Origin: Actinomycetes bacterium
Lineage (GTDB): Bacteria; Actinomycetota; Acidimicrobiia; Acidimicrobiales; RAAP-2
Direction of reading: 5' to 3'
NCBI GenBank assembly: GCA_021820665.1
Contig: JAKADK010000019.1
Coordinates: 14,880-38,879 of the forward strand
DNA: 24,000 bases
Shown here: in pieces, positions 1 to 9,805 of the stretch
How positions within the stretch are numbered: position 1 is the first letter of the stretch
How the letters are laid out: each line of letters starts with the position of its first letter
Made by a program: the position numbers and the translations under genes
The notes under the pieces: generated by a model
Told to the model about the DNA's origin: nothing
The model's input: the letters and a program-made list of their open reading frames with translations, nothing else
Database searches by the model: none

Positions 1-100
1 CCGGAGGACACCGGCGCGCCGCCGGCCGCCCGACGACTGCGGTGCGGTTTTCTCGCTAGTACCCCAGGGTAGGGTCGAGGCGAGGAGGTGGTCGCGGAAC

Positions 101-2305
101 ATGGCAGCGGGAGGAAAGCCCGACGGGAGGGCCAGAGGCTCTGGCGCGCCGGAGCGAGGAGTGCGCCCGGTGCGCCCGGTGTCGGGCACGTACGGGCGAC
201 CAGGCTCCTCTCTTCCTCTCACCACCGTCCGTCCCGTGGTCGAGCGGGTGTGCCCCCAGGTCGACTGCGGTCGGCGACCGGCGAAGGCCGCGGTCGGGGA
301 CACCGTCGTCGTCGAGGCCGACGCGTACGCCGACGGGAAGGACCTCGTCACCTGCGAGCTGAGGTACGCCCACGAGAGCTGTGCCGAGTGGTCGGTCCGA
401 CCCATGGCGTCAGTGGGGCAGGACCGGTGGCGGGCCACCTTCGTGGCAGTGGTCCTCGGCCGCTACCGGTTCGCGGTGCATGCCCGGATCGATCGCTTCG
501 GGACCTGGACGCGTGATCTGCGAGCGTGGGCAGACGCCGGTGAAGACGTCTCCTCTGAGCTCCTGGTCGGCGCGGCGCTACTGGACCGGCTGGCAGGAAC
601 CGGGGGCGAGCCCGACCGGCGGCTGCTCTCGGGTCTGGCCGATGCCCTTCGCACCACGAGACGGGGCCTGGAGGGTCCCGCTCCGGGAGGGCTGTGCGCG
701 CTCCTCGGTCAGGACGCGCACGCGGAGATGCCGACGCTCGCCGACGTGATCTTCTCCACCCGGCTGGCCGAGCTGGTCCGGGCCGCCCGGTCACCCGAGC
801 CAGCCGCCGCCTCGGACACCTTCGAGGTCGCCGTCGACCCGGAGAAGGCGCGGTTCTCCACCTGGTACGAGCTCTTCCCGCGCTCGGCCTCGGGGCGTGC
901 CGACCGGCACGGGACCTTCGCCGACGTCGTTGCGAGGATCCCCTACGTGGCGGCGTTGGGGTTCGACGTGCTGTATCTCCCCCCCGTCCACCCCATCGGC
1001 ACGACCAACCGCAAGGGAGCCAATGGAGAGCGCCGGGCCGGACCCGACGATCCGGGCAGCCCGTGGGCGATCGGATCGAGCGAGGGCGGTCATCGTGCCG
1101 TTCACCCAGCGTTGGGCACGCTCGAGCAGTTCGACGCCTTGGTGGCTGCGGCTGCCGGGGCCGGCATCGACGTCGCCATCGACCTGGCGTTCCAGGCATC
1201 GCCCGACCACCCCTGGGTGCGGGAGCATCCCGCGTGGTTCCGGCACCGCCCCGACGGCACGATCCGGTACGCCGAGAACCCGCCCAAGCGGTACGAGGAC
1301 ATCTACCCGCTCGACTTCGAGACGGAGGATTGGCGCGCCCTGTGGCAGGAGCTCCTGGGCGTCGTCCGGTTCTGGATCGGCCACGGCGTGCACGTCTTCC
1401 GGGTCGACAACCCCCACACCAAGCCCTTCCGGTTCTGGGAGTGGTTGATCGGCTCGGTGCAGGCCGACCATCCGGGCACCATCTTCCTGGCCGAGGCGTT
1501 CACCCGGCCCACCGTGATGGGGCACCTGGCCAAGATCGGCTTCACCCAGTCCTATACCTACTTCACCTGGAAGACGACGAAGTGGGAGATCGAGACCTAC
1601 CTCAACGAGCTCGTCGGGACCGACACGTCGGCCTACCTCCGACCGAATTTCTGGACCAACACCCCCGACATCCTGGCTGAGCCGCTCCAGACCGGGGGCA
1701 CGCCGGCGTTCGTGACCCGCCTGGTCCTGGCGGCCACGCTGGCCGCCAGCTACGGGATCTACGGCCCCGCCTTCGAGCTCCAGGAGCACACGGCCCGCCA
1801 GCCCGGCTCCGAGGAGTACGAGGCGTCCGAGAAGTACCAGCTGCGGGCGTGGGACCTCGATCGCCCCGACAGCCTGGCGGCCCTCGTCGCCCGCGTGAAC
1901 CGGATCCGACGGGAGCACCGGTCCCTCCAGCGGAACGACACGCTCCGGTTCCACCGGATCGACAACGACGCCATCACCGTCTACTCCAAGACCGACGGCG
2001 GGCTCGGCGGTGATGGCGGGCTGGGCGGCACCGACCACCCGACCGATGCGATGGTGGTCGTCTGCAACCTCGACCCGTTCCACGTCCAGTCCGGATGGGT
2101 CGAGCTGGACCTCGACGCGCTGGGCATCGACGGGGACCGGCCCTACGTCGTGCACGACCTGTTGACCGACGCTCGCTATCAGTGGCAGGGACGCCGGAAC
2201 TTCGTGCTCCTCGATCCGGCCCAGGTGCCCGTTCACGTGCTCGCCGTCGACGCCCATCCCGCGCCCCCGCCGCCGGTAGGCGCCGGCGGAGGGGAGCGGG
2301 GATGA
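101..2305 (+). CDS. glgE: alpha-1,4-glucan:maltose-1-phosphate maltosyltransferase (GlgE, GH13)
   Basis: 734-aa ORF. The N-terminal segment VRPVVERVCPQVDCGRRPAKAAVGD is typical of the GlgE N-domain. GH13/GlgE-like motifs include FDVLYLPPVHPIG, GSPWAIGS, VFRVDNPHTKP, IFLAEAFTRP and FWTNTPDIL. GGAGG at 83-87 lies upstream of ATG 101. In-frame GTGs at 161, 170 and 179 are alternative starts. The stop TGA at 2303-2305 overlaps the next start. Confidence 0.9.
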   Translation: MAAGGKPDGRARGSGAPERGVRPVRPVSGTYGRPGSSLPLTTVRPVVERVCPQVDCGRRPAKAAVGDTVVVEADAYADGKDLVTCELRYAHESCAEWSVRPMASVGQDRWRATFVAVVLGRYRFAVHARIDRFGTWTRDLRAWADAGEDVSSELLVGAALLDRLAGTGGEPDRRLLSGLADALRTTRRGLEGPAPGGLCALLGQDAHAEMPTLADVIFSTRLAELVRAARSPEPAAASDTFEVAVDPEKARFSTWYELFPRSASGRADRHGTFADVVARIPYVAALGFDVLYLPPVHPIGTTNRKGANGERRAGPDDPGSPWAIGSSEGGHRAVHPALGTLEQFDALVAAAAGAGIDVAIDLAFQASPDHPWVREHPAWFRHRPDGTIRYAENPPKRYEDIYPLDFETEDWRALWQELLGVVRFWIGHGVHVFRVDNPHTKPFRFWEWLIGSVQADHPGTIFLAEAFTRPTVMGHLAKIGFTQSYTYFTWKTTKWEIETYLNELVGTDTSAYLRPNFWTNTPDILAEPLQTGGTPAFVTRLVLAATLAASYGIYGPAFELQEHTARQPGSEEYEASEKYQLRAWDLDRPDSLAALVARVNRIRREHRSLQRNDTLRFHRIDNDAITVYSKTDGGLGGDGGLGGTDHPTDAMVVVCNLDPFHVQSGWVELDLDALGIDGDRPYVVHDLLTDARYQWQGRRNFVLLDPAQVPVHVLAVDAHPAPPPPVGAGGGERG
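1994..2029. repeat. 18-bp x 2 imperfect in-frame tandem duplication inside glgE (encodes DGGLGG-DGGLGG)
   Basis: gacggcgggctcggcggt at 1994-2011 is followed by gatggcgggctgggcggc at 2012-2029, matching at 15 of 18 positions. The unit length is a multiple of 3. Confidence 0.7.
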
Positions 2306-5300
2306 CGGCGGTGTCGTCGGCCACGGCGGCTGCTGGCAGCGGGCGCCGGTCCCCCCCGGCGCCGGGCGTCGTGCCCGCGTCGTTCGGGAACCCCGCCCTC
2401 GATGCCGCGTCGGGTGCCGTTGCCGACTGGTACAAGGACGCCGTCATCTACGAGATCCACGTCCGGGCGTTCCGCGACGCCAACGGGGACGGGGTGGGGG
2501 ACTTCCGCGGCCTCATCGAGAAGCTCGGCTACCTCCAGGATCTCGGGGTCACGGCGCTCTGGCTCCTGCCGTTCTACCCGTCTCCTCTGCGTGACGACGG
2601 CTACGACATCTCCGACTATCGCCGGGTCCACCCCTCCTATGGCACGCTGCGGGATTTCCGCGCCTTCCTGCGTGCCGCCCACGCCCACGGCATGCGGGTC
2701 ATCACCGAGCTGGTCCTGGCCCACACCTCGGACGAGCACCCGTGGTTCCAGCGCGCCCGCCACGCCAAGCCCGGGTCGCTCCACCGGGACTTCTACGTGT
2801 GGAACGACACCGCCGACCGCTTCCCCGACGCCCGGGTCATCTTCAAGGACTTCGAGAGCTCCAACTGGACCTACGACCCGGTGGCAGGGGCCTACTTCTG
2901 GCACCGGTTCTACTCGCACCAGCCCAGCCTGAACTACGACCACCCCGCTGTGCGCGAGGCCATGTTCGACGTCGTCGACTACTGGCTGGCGATGGGGGTG
3001 GACGGCCTCCGCCTCGACGCGGTCCCGTACCTCTACGCCCGGGACGGGACGACCTGCGAGAACCTTCCCGAGACCTTCGAGCTCCTCCGGCAGCTGCGGG
3101 CCCACGTCGACGACCGCTTCGAGGGACGCATGCTGCTGGCCGAAGCCAACCAGTGGCCCGAGGACGCCGTGCGCTACATGGGCGACGGTGACGCCTGCCA
3201 CATGGCGTTCCACTTCCCGCTCATGCCCCGGATGTTCATGGCCGCCCGCCAGGAGGACCGGTTCCCCATCGTGGACATCCTGGCCGAGACCCCGGTCGCC
3301 CCCGCCGACTGCCAGTGGGCGCTCTTCTTGCGGAACCACGACGAGCTCACCCTGGAGATGGTGACCGACGAGGAGCGCGACTACATGTACCGGGCCTACG
3401 CCAGCGATCCCCAGGCCCGCGTGAACGTCGGTATCCGGCGCCGGCTCGCCCCCCTGCTGGGCAACGACCGCAAGATGATCGAGATGATGAACGGGCTGCT
3501 CTTCTCCCTGCCGGGCACGCCGATCCTCTACTACGGCGACGAGCTCGGCATGGGCGACAACATCTACCTCGGGGACCGGGACGCCGTTCGGACCCCGATG
3601 CAGTGGGACAGCGACCGCAACGCCGGCTTCTCCCGCGCCAATCCCCAGCGGCTCTACCTCCCGGTCGTGATCGACCCCGAGTACCACGCCCAGGCGCTCA
3701 ACGTCGCCACCCAGCAGCAGAACCCCAACTCGCTGTGGTGGTGGATGAAGCGGCTCATCAGCCTGCGCCAGCGCTACCCGGCCTTCGGGCGGGGCACCAT
3801 CGAGATCCTCCGTCCCGACAACCGGAAGGTGTTCGCGTTCATCCGGCGCCTGGGAGACCAGCGGATCCTGGTGGTGGTCAATCTCTCCCGGACCGTCCAG
3901 TGCGCCGAGCTCGACCTGTCGAACGAGCGGGGTGCGACGCCGATCGAGATCTTCGGGAACATGGCGTTTCCCCCGGTGGGCGACCTGCCCTACTTCGTGA
4001 CGCTCGGGCCGCACGGCTTCTACTGGTTCTCCCTCGAAGGCGACGCTCCCCCTCCCGCCGAGTCCCTGGCCACGTTCCGGGTCACGGGGAGCTGGGAGTC
4101 GTTGTTCGCCGGCCCCGCCCGGCGGCATTTCGAGGGCTTCCTCCGCACCTACCTGCCGACGCGGCGGTGGTTCGGCGAGAAGACGAGGACCATCTCCCAA
4201 GCGACCGTCGTCGACGCCGTCCCGGTGCCGAACAGCGGAGACCGGCGGGCGGCTCCGGCGGCACCGGCGGCACAGCTGGTGATCGTCCAGGTCGACCTGG
4301 ACCACGGGAGCCCCGAGCGCTACGTGCTGCCCCTGGCCTTCGCCACCGGTGAGCAGGCCGACGAGCTCCGGCGGTGGAAGCCCGAGTGCATCGTGGCCGG
4401 GCTCCGCGCCGGGGGCGTCGACGGTGTCCTCTACGACGGCGTCCACGACCCGGCGTTCTCCTGGGCCATGGTCGAGCTGTTGACGCACCGCCGGACGGTC
4501 CCGGGGCGATCGGGCCGCCTGAGCGGGGTCCCGGCTCCGACGATGCGTCAGCTCCGGCGCCGACTGAGCCCCGAGATCATGCCGGCGCCGATCATGGCCG
4601 AGCAGTCGAACACCTCGGTCGTCTTCGGGGACCAGGCCATCATGAAGGTGGTCCGCCGGTTCGAGGAGGGGGAGAACCCCGGTGTCGAGCTCGGACGGTT
4701 CCTCGCCGAGCACAGCCACTTCTCCCACGCCCCGGCCACCGTCGGCAGCATCGACTACCGGCCGGACGCCGCCGGGACGATGCCGGGAACGGTCATGGTG
4801 CTGGAGGAGTTCGTGCCTAACGAGGGCGACGGATGGAGCTATGTGGTCGATGCCCTCACCCACGGGCTGGAGGAGGCCCTGGCCCGTCCCGACGCCGACG
4901 AGCTCAACGTCACCCCGCCCCGTCACCTGTGGGACGTCGACCGCGACCGGCTGGAGCCGGGCCACCTGCTGGTCGGTCCCCATCTGGAGTGGGCGTCGTT
5001 GCTCGGCCGGCGCACGGCGCAGCTACACGAGGCCCTGACCTCGGAACGCGGAGACCCCCGCTTCGCCCCCGAACCGCTCACCCCGTTGGACCGCCAGGCG
5101 CTGTTCCACGGAGCACGCGGCCTCACCCGGCGCGTCTTGAGGCAGGTCGCGCCGGTGTCGAACGAGTCCCCGTGCGTCGCCGAGGTGATCGAGCGGAGCG
5201 GTGAGATCACCGAGCGGCTGCGGGCGTTGAGCACCCGCCGCATCGGCGCCCAGCGGATCCGGTGCCACGGCGACTACCACCTGGGTCAGGTGCTGTGGAC

Positions 5301-5730
5301 CGGTAAGGACTTCGTCGTGATCGATTTCGAGGGGGAGCCCAGCCGCTCGCTCGGCCAGCGGCGCCTGAAGCGGCCGGCGGTGGTCGATCTCGCCGGGATG
5401 GTCCGCTCGTTCCACTACGCCGGGCAGACAGCGGCGGCGCGGGTGAGCCGAGATCTGGGCACGTCGATCCACGCGGTGGACCCGGGCAGGCTCGACTCGT
5501 GGGTGACGCTCTGGTACCGGTGGGTGGCGGGCACGTTCCTGGGCGCCTACCTCGAGGAGGCGGGACCCGTCGACTACCTGCCAGACGACCACGATCAGCT
5601 GGCCTGCCTCCTCGACTTCTTCCTCCTGGAGAAGGCTGTCTACGAGCTCGGCTACGAAGCCAACAACCGGCCCACGTGGATCGAGATCCCGGCACGGGGC
5701 ATCCTCGACATCATCGGTCCCCGGCCGTGA
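2302..5730 (+). CDS. treS: trehalose synthase / maltokinase fusion protein (TreS-Pep2)
   Basis: Start ATG 2302 sits in an ATGA overlap with the glgE stop. The track ORF from 2095 is an Arg-rich upstream extension. The N-terminal half has TreS/GH13 motifs: WYKDAVIYEIHVRAF, GVTALWLLPFYPSPLRDDGYDISDY, GVDGLRLDAVPYL, LLAEANQWPED, FLRNHDELTLEM and YYGDELGM. The C-terminal part, from about nt 4100, has maltokinase (Pep2) motifs: LRTYLPTRRWFGEK, HGDYHLGQVLW, DFVVIDFEGEP and LLEKAVYELGYEANNRPTW. Confidence 0.9.
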   Translation: MTAVSSATAAAGSGRRSPPAPGVVPASFGNPALDAASGAVADWYKDAVIYEIHVRAFRDANGDGVGDFRGLIEKLGYLQDLGVTALWLLPFYPSPLRDDGYDISDYRRVHPSYGTLRDFRAFLRAAHAHGMRVITELVLAHTSDEHPWFQRARHAKPGSLHRDFYVWNDTADRFPDARVIFKDFESSNWTYDPVAGAYFWHRFYSHQPSLNYDHPAVREAMFDVVDYWLAMGVDGLRLDAVPYLYARDGTTCENLPETFELLRQLRAHVDDRFEGRMLLAEANQWPEDAVRYMGDGDACHMAFHFPLMPRMFMAARQEDRFPIVDILAETPVAPADCQWALFLRNHDELTLEMVTDEERDYMYRAYASDPQARVNVGIRRRLAPLLGNDRKMIEMMNGLLFSLPGTPILYYGDELGMGDNIYLGDRDAVRTPMQWDSDRNAGFSRANPQRLYLPVVIDPEYHAQALNVATQQQNPNSLWWWMKRLISLRQRYPAFGRGTIEILRPDNRKVFAFIRRLGDQRILVVVNLSRTVQCAELDLSNERGATPIEIFGNMAFPPVGDLPYFVTLGPHGFYWFSLEGDAPPPAESLATFRVTGSWESLFAGPARRHFEGFLRTYLPTRRWFGEKTRTISQATVVDAVPVPNSGDRRAAPAAPAAQLVIVQVDLDHGSPERYVLPLAFATGEQADELRRWKPECIVAGLRAGGVDGVLYDGVHDPAFSWAMVELLTHRRTVPGRSGRLSGVPAPTMRQLRRRLSPEIMPAPIMAEQSNTSVVFGDQAIMKVVRRFEEGENPGVELGRFLAEHSHFSHAPATVGSIDYRPDAAGTMPGTVMVLEEFVPNEGDGWSYVVDALTHGLEEALARPDADELNVTPPRHLWDVDRDRLEPGHLLVGPHLEWASLLGRRTAQLHEALTSERGDPRFAPEPLTPLDRQALFHGARGLTRRVLRQVAPVSNESPCVAEVIERSGEITERLRALSTRRIGAQRIRCHGDYHLGQVLWTGKDFVVIDFEGEPSRSLGQRRLKRPAVVDLAGMVRSFHYAGQTAAARVSRDLGTSIHAVDPGRLDSWVTLWYRWVAGTFLGAYLEEAGPVDYLPDDHDQLACLLDFFLLEKAVYELGYEANNRPTWIEIPARGILDIIGPRP

Positions 5731-7829
5731 GCGGGGCGCGGACCCTGCCCGCACGACCACCCCGTACCCCGTTGGTGGAGCTGGCCGAGCTGGCCGGCGT
5801 GCAGCTCACCTACGAGGGTGCCGACGGGCGGACCCACCGGGCCGGCGACGACGTCGTCCTGGCCGTCTTGCGTGCCTTGGGCCTGGAGGTGGAGCGGGCT
5901 GCCGACGTGGTCGACGTCCTGGCCCACGAGCGCGCCAGGCGCGCACGACGGGTCGTCGAGCCTGTGCTGGTGCATCGGGCGGGGCAGGAGTCGGCCGTGG
6001 CGCTCAACCTTCCCTCGGCGGTCGGCTCCGGAGGATGGTGGGTGAGCGTGGAGATGGAGGACGGAACCGTGCGCCGGACGCGGCTCACCGATCTCCCGCC
6101 GGCTCCGGTCGATCCGGTCGCGCTCTGTGGAGGCTCGGTCCCGCCCGGTTACCACCGCCTCGTGGCGGAGGGTCCAGGGTTGCGGGCGACCGCCCTGCTC
6201 GTCGCCGCCCCGCGATGCCCGAGCCCGGTGCGGGGCTGGGGGGCATTCCTGCCTCTCCACGCCGTGCGCACGGAGGACGACCGGGGGGTGGGGACCTTCT
6301 CCGACCTCGCCGAGCTGGGTGCGTGGGTGGCATCGGCCGGCGGGTCGATGGTCGGGACCCTTCCGCTCCTCCCGCTGTTCCTCGAGCCGCCGATCGACCC
6401 CAGCCCGTACCTCCCGGTGACGCGTTTCGGGGTCAACGAGCTCTACGTGGACCCGACCGCTCTCCCGGAGCTGGCCGCCTCTCCCGAGGCGAGACGCCTC
6501 GTCGAAGGTGCGTCCCGCTCTCGTGCCAGGGGCGCGCACCACTCGGCCCTGGTCGACTACGAGTCGGTCTCTTCCCGCCAGCACCAGATCCTCGATGCGT
6601 TGGCGGCGACCCTCTTCGCCGCGCCCTCCCCCCGCCGCCGGGCCCTCGAGGCCTTCGCCGCCGCCCGCCCCGAGGTCGTCGCCTACGCCCGCTTCCGGGC
6701 GGCAGGGGAGGTGCTCGGTCGGGACTGGCACGCCTGGCCGGACGTCTCGCCGGGGCGGGTGCCCGAACCCCGGGGCGCGGAGCGCGCCTTCCGCTACCAC
6801 CTCTATGCGCAGTGGGCGGCCGAGGAGCAGCTCGCCCGGGCGGCGGCTGTGGCTCCGCTCTATGCCGACCTTCCCGTCGGCGTGCATCCGCTCGGTGCCG
6901 ACCCGTTCTTCGACGCCGAGTCCTTCACCCCGGGGGTCCACGGGGGGGCACCTCCCGACCCGTTCTTCGAGGGAGGGCAGGACTGGGCGTTCGCGCCGCT
7001 GCATCCCGAGCGGCTCCGGGACCAGGGGTACGGCTACGTCGTCCGCTCCCTACGCCACGCCTGCTCCCACGCGTCCTACCTCCGGGTCGACCACGTCATG
7101 GGGTTGGAGCGGCTCTACTGGATACCCGAGGGCGGTGACGCCCGGCACGGCGCCTACGTCTCTTACCGGGCAGAGGAGCTCCACGCCATCGTGGCCCTGG
7201 AGGCGCACCGTGCCGGCGCGGTGGTCGTGGGCGAGGACCTCGGCACCGTTCCCCCGTCGGTCCGGCGTCGCATGGCCGACGACGGCATGCTCCGCTCGTG
7301 GGTGCTGGAGCACGAGACCTCGCCCGACGATCCACTGCCGCCCGCCCCCGCCGACTGCCTTGCGTCGTGGGGCACGCACGACCTTCCCCGCTTCAGGGCC
7401 TACTGGTCGGGCCAGGACATCGACGCCCGGGTGCGACAGGGCCGCCCCGGGGCCGGCGATGCCGGCCGGGCCCGGGGCGAGCGCGAGCGCTGGCGTCGAT
7501 CGGTCCTCGCCGCCGCCGACGACGCGGCGAAACGGGACGCCGCCGACGACGCGGCGATGGCGGCCTACCGAGCCTGCCTGGGCCACCTGGCCGGCAGTGA
7601 CGCCGCCCTCGTGCTGGTCGAGCTGGAGGATCTCTGGGGCGAAGAGACGCCGCAGAACGAGCCGGGGACGGGGACCGAACGTCCCAACTGGCGTCTCCGG
7701 GCGGCGCGTACGCTCACCGAGATGCGGGCCGACCCGGATGTCGCCGCGATGCTGGCCGAGCTCGACCGCGCCCGGCGCGCTCACCGTCCGGGTGGCCGCC
7801 AGCCGTCCGATCAGGAGGTCGCGTTATGA
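5727..7829 (+). CDS. malQ: 4-alpha-glucanotransferase (amylomaltase, GH77), long actinobacterial form
   Basis: GTG 5727 sits in a GTGA overlap with the treS-pep2 stop. Motifs include SPYLPVTRFGVNELYVD, YHLYAQWAAEEQL, LYADLPVGVHPLGAD, GAPPDPFFEGGQDWAFAPL, LRVDHVMGLERLYWIP, VVGEDLGTVPPSVRRRM, WGTHDLP and a C-terminal NEPGT..PNWRLR. The N-terminal LVELAELAGVQLTYEG domain resembles the extension seen in actinobacterial MalQ. Confidence 0.85.
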   Translation: MSGARTLPARPPRTPLVELAELAGVQLTYEGADGRTHRAGDDVVLAVLRALGLEVERAADVVDVLAHERARRARRVVEPVLVHRAGQESAVALNLPSAVGSGGWWVSVEMEDGTVRRTRLTDLPPAPVDPVALCGGSVPPGYHRLVAEGPGLRATALLVAAPRCPSPVRGWGAFLPLHAVRTEDDRGVGTFSDLAELGAWVASAGGSMVGTLPLLPLFLEPPIDPSPYLPVTRFGVNELYVDPTALPELAASPEARRLVEGASRSRARGAHHSALVDYESVSSRQHQILDALAATLFAAPSPRRRALEAFAAARPEVVAYARFRAAGEVLGRDWHAWPDVSPGRVPEPRGAERAFRYHLYAQWAAEEQLARAAAVAPLYADLPVGVHPLGADPFFDAESFTPGVHGGAPPDPFFEGGQDWAFAPLHPERLRDQGYGYVVRSLRHACSHASYLRVDHVMGLERLYWIPEGGDARHGAYVSYRAEELHAIVALEAHRAGAVVVGEDLGTVPPSVRRRMADDGMLRSWVLEHETSPDDPLPPAPADCLASWGTHDLPRFRAYWSGQDIDARVRQGRPGAGDAGRARGERERWRRSVLAAADDAAKRDAADDAAMAAYRACLGHLAGSDAALVLVELEDLWGEETPQNEPGTGTERPNWRLRAARTLTEMRADPDVAAMLAELDRARRAHRPGGRQPSDQEVAL

Positions 7830-9805
7830 CGTTCGCCAGCGGTCCTGGTGCTGAAGGGGATGCCGGGGGAGCTCGGACCGGCGGTCCCACCGCGGTGCCG
7901 CTGCCGGTCCGGGTCCTCACCGAAGAGGACCTCTACCTGTTCAACGAGGGCACCCATCGGCGGCTGGCAGCGAAGCTCGGTGGACACCTCCTCCCTCCAG
8001 GTCAGGCCGCACCGTCCGGTCCCCCCGGTGCCACCTTCGCCGTGTGGGCCCCCAACGCCTCGAGGGTGGCCGTGATCGGCGACTTCAACGAGTGGGACGC
8101 CGAGCGGAGCCCCCTGTCGCCGCGGGGGAGCTCGGGCGTCTGGGAGGGCTCCGTCCCCGGTGCCCGGCCGGGGGACGTCTACAAGTTCGCCATCACCACG
8201 CCGGGCGGAGCGCTCCTGGAGAAGGCCGATCCGTTCGCCACGCTGGCCGAGCTCCCGCCCCGGACCGGTTCGGTCCTCTGGGACCTGGCCTACGACTGGG
8301 ACGACGGGTCCTGGATGGCCGAACGGGCCCGTGTCGCGGGGACGGGAGGGCCCATCAGCATCTACGAGGTCCACCTGGGAAGCTGGCGGCGCGACCCGCA
8401 CGACCCGCACCGTCTTCTCGGATACCGCGAGCTGGCCCCCCTTCTGGTCGACCACGTTGCGCGGACCGGGTTCACCCATGTCGAGCTCCTCCCGGTCATG
8501 GAGCACCCGTTCTACGGGTCGTGGGGCTACCAGTCCACCGGCTTCTTTGCCCCCACCCGCCGGTACGGTACTCCCCAGGACCTGATGGCACTGGTGGACC
8601 AGCTCCACCAGGCAGGGATCGGCGTGATCCTCGACTGGGTACCTTCGCACTTCCCGTCCGACGCCTTCGCCCTGGCCGATTTCGACGGCACTCATCTCTA
8701 CGAGCACGCTGATCCCCGTCTCGGTGTCCAGCCCGACTGGGGCAGCCTTGTCTTCAACTACGGACGCCACGAGGTGCGGAGCTTCCTCGCGTCCTCGGCG
8801 GAGCACTGGCTCTCGGCGTACCACGCCGATGGCTTGCGAGTCGATGCCGTGGCCTCGATGCTCTACCTGGACTACTCGCGAGCACCGGGGGAGTGGGTCC
8901 CGAACCGTCACGGGGGCAACGAGAACCTCGAGGCCGTCCAGTTCCTCACCCAGATGAACACGGGCATCTACGCTGACCACCCCGACGTCCACGTCATCGC
9001 CGAGGAGTCGACGGCATGGCCGGGCGTGTCCCGGCCGGTCCACGACGGAGGTCTCGGTTTCGGGTTCAAGTGGGACATGGGCTGGATGCACGACACCTTG
9101 AGCTATCTGGCCCGAGACCCGCTCTACCGCAGCCACCACCACGACGAGCTCACCTTCCGGGCCGTCTACGCCTTCACGGAGAACTACGTCCTACCGCTGT
9201 CCCACGACGAGGTGGTCCACGGCAAGGGCTCGCTGCTGGCCAAGATGCCCGGCGACGACTGGCAGCGGCGGGCATCCCTGCGGCTGCTCTACGGCTACCA
9301 GTTCGGCCAGCCGGGGAAGAAGCTGCTGTTCATGGGGAGCGAGCTCGGCACGGCGCGGGAGTGGGACCACGAGTCCGCTCTCGACTGGGGGCTGCTCGAC
9401 GATCCCGCCCACGCCGGCATCGCCCGGTGGATCGGCGACCTCAACGCCCTCTACCGGACCAACTCCGCCCTCCACGAGCTCGACACCGACCCCGCCGGGT
9501 TCGAGTGGGACCAGCTGCACGACGCGGCCACCAGCGTGGTCAGCTTCCTCCGGCGAGGGAGCACCGGTTCTCCGGTACTGGTCGTCTGCAACTTCACCCC
9601 GGTCCCGCGGCACAACCTCGTCGTCGGCGTCCCCGAAGGGGGCCGGTGGCGCGAGCTGTTGAACAGCGACGCGACCGAGTACGGCGGGAGCGGTCAGGGG
9701 AACTACGGGGGCGTGGACGCGCAGCCCGTGCCCGCCCACGGCCGGCCCCGCGCCCTGACGCTCACCGCGCCCCCGCTCGGCTGCCTGTTCCTGGAGTGCG
9801 AGTGA
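7826..9805 (+). CDS. glgB: 1,4-alpha-glucan branching enzyme (GH13_9)
   Basis: ATG 7826 sits in an ATGA overlap with the malQ stop. Motifs include FAVWAPNASRVAVIGDFNEWD, IYEVHLGSW, GFTHVELLPVMEHPFYGSWGYQSTGFFAP, GVILDWVPSHFP, DGLRVDAVASMLYLDY, VIAEESTAWPGVS, GFGFKWDMGWMHD and LPLSHDEVVHGKGSL. Confidence 0.92.
   Translation: MTFASGPGAEGDAGGARTGGPTAVPLPVRVLTEEDLYLFNEGTHRRLAAKLGGHLLPPGQAAPSGPPGATFAVWAPNASRVAVIGDFNEWDAERSPLSPRGSSGVWEGSVPGARPGDVYKFAITTPGGALLEKADPFATLAELPPRTGSVLWDLAYDWDDGSWMAERARVAGTGGPISIYEVHLGSWRRDPHDPHRLLGYRELAPLLVDHVARTGFTHVELLPVMEHPFYGSWGYQSTGFFAPTRRYGTPQDLMALVDQLHQAGIGVILDWVPSHFPSDAFALADFDGTHLYEHADPRLGVQPDWGSLVFNYGRHEVRSFLASSAEHWLSAYHADGLRVDAVASMLYLDYSRAPGEWVPNRHGGNENLEAVQFLTQMNTGIYADHPDVHVIAEESTAWPGVSRPVHDGGLGFGFKWDMGWMHDTLSYLARDPLYRSHHHDELTFRAVYAFTENYVLPLSHDEVVHGKGSLLAKMPGDDWQRRASLRLLYGYQFGQPGKKLLFMGSELGTAREWDHESALDWGLLDDPAHAGIARWIGDLNALYRTNSALHELDTDPAGFEWDQLHDAATSVVSFLRRGSTGSPVLVVCNFTPVPRHNLVVGVPEGGRWRELLNSDATEYGGSGQGNYGGVDAQPVPAHGRPRALTLTAPPLGCLFLECE

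Noticed and set aside
88-516. Alternative-frame plus-strand ORFs overlapping real genes (for example 88-516, 694-1680, 3315-4352, 6035-7138, 6508-7854, 12188-13249, 14893-16362 and 19042-20094).
   Set aside because: Their translations are Arg/Pro/Gly-rich low-complexity sequence, typical of off-frame reading in high-GC genes. They overlap frames with strong family motifs.
2095-2301. N-terminal extensions of track ORFs into the preceding gene (2095, 5499, 9016, 11769 and 13700 as starts).
   Set aside because: The extended parts are Arg-rich out-of-context sequence overlapping the conserved 3' ends of the upstream genes. In each case, family-typical N-termini begin at an ATG or GTG that overlaps the upstream stop codon.
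2233-4983. Very long minus-strand ORFs antisense to the annotated genes (for example 2233-4983, 791-2257, 5652-7004, 7811-9142, 9703-11286, 11886-14234, 13835-15658, 17392-18816 and 20137-21705).
   Set aside because: These are typical shadow ORFs of a very GC-rich sequence. Their translations are Arg/Pro/Gly-rich with no recognisable motifs. The opposite strand encodes unmistakable GH13, GH77, transporter and similar proteins across the same coordinates.
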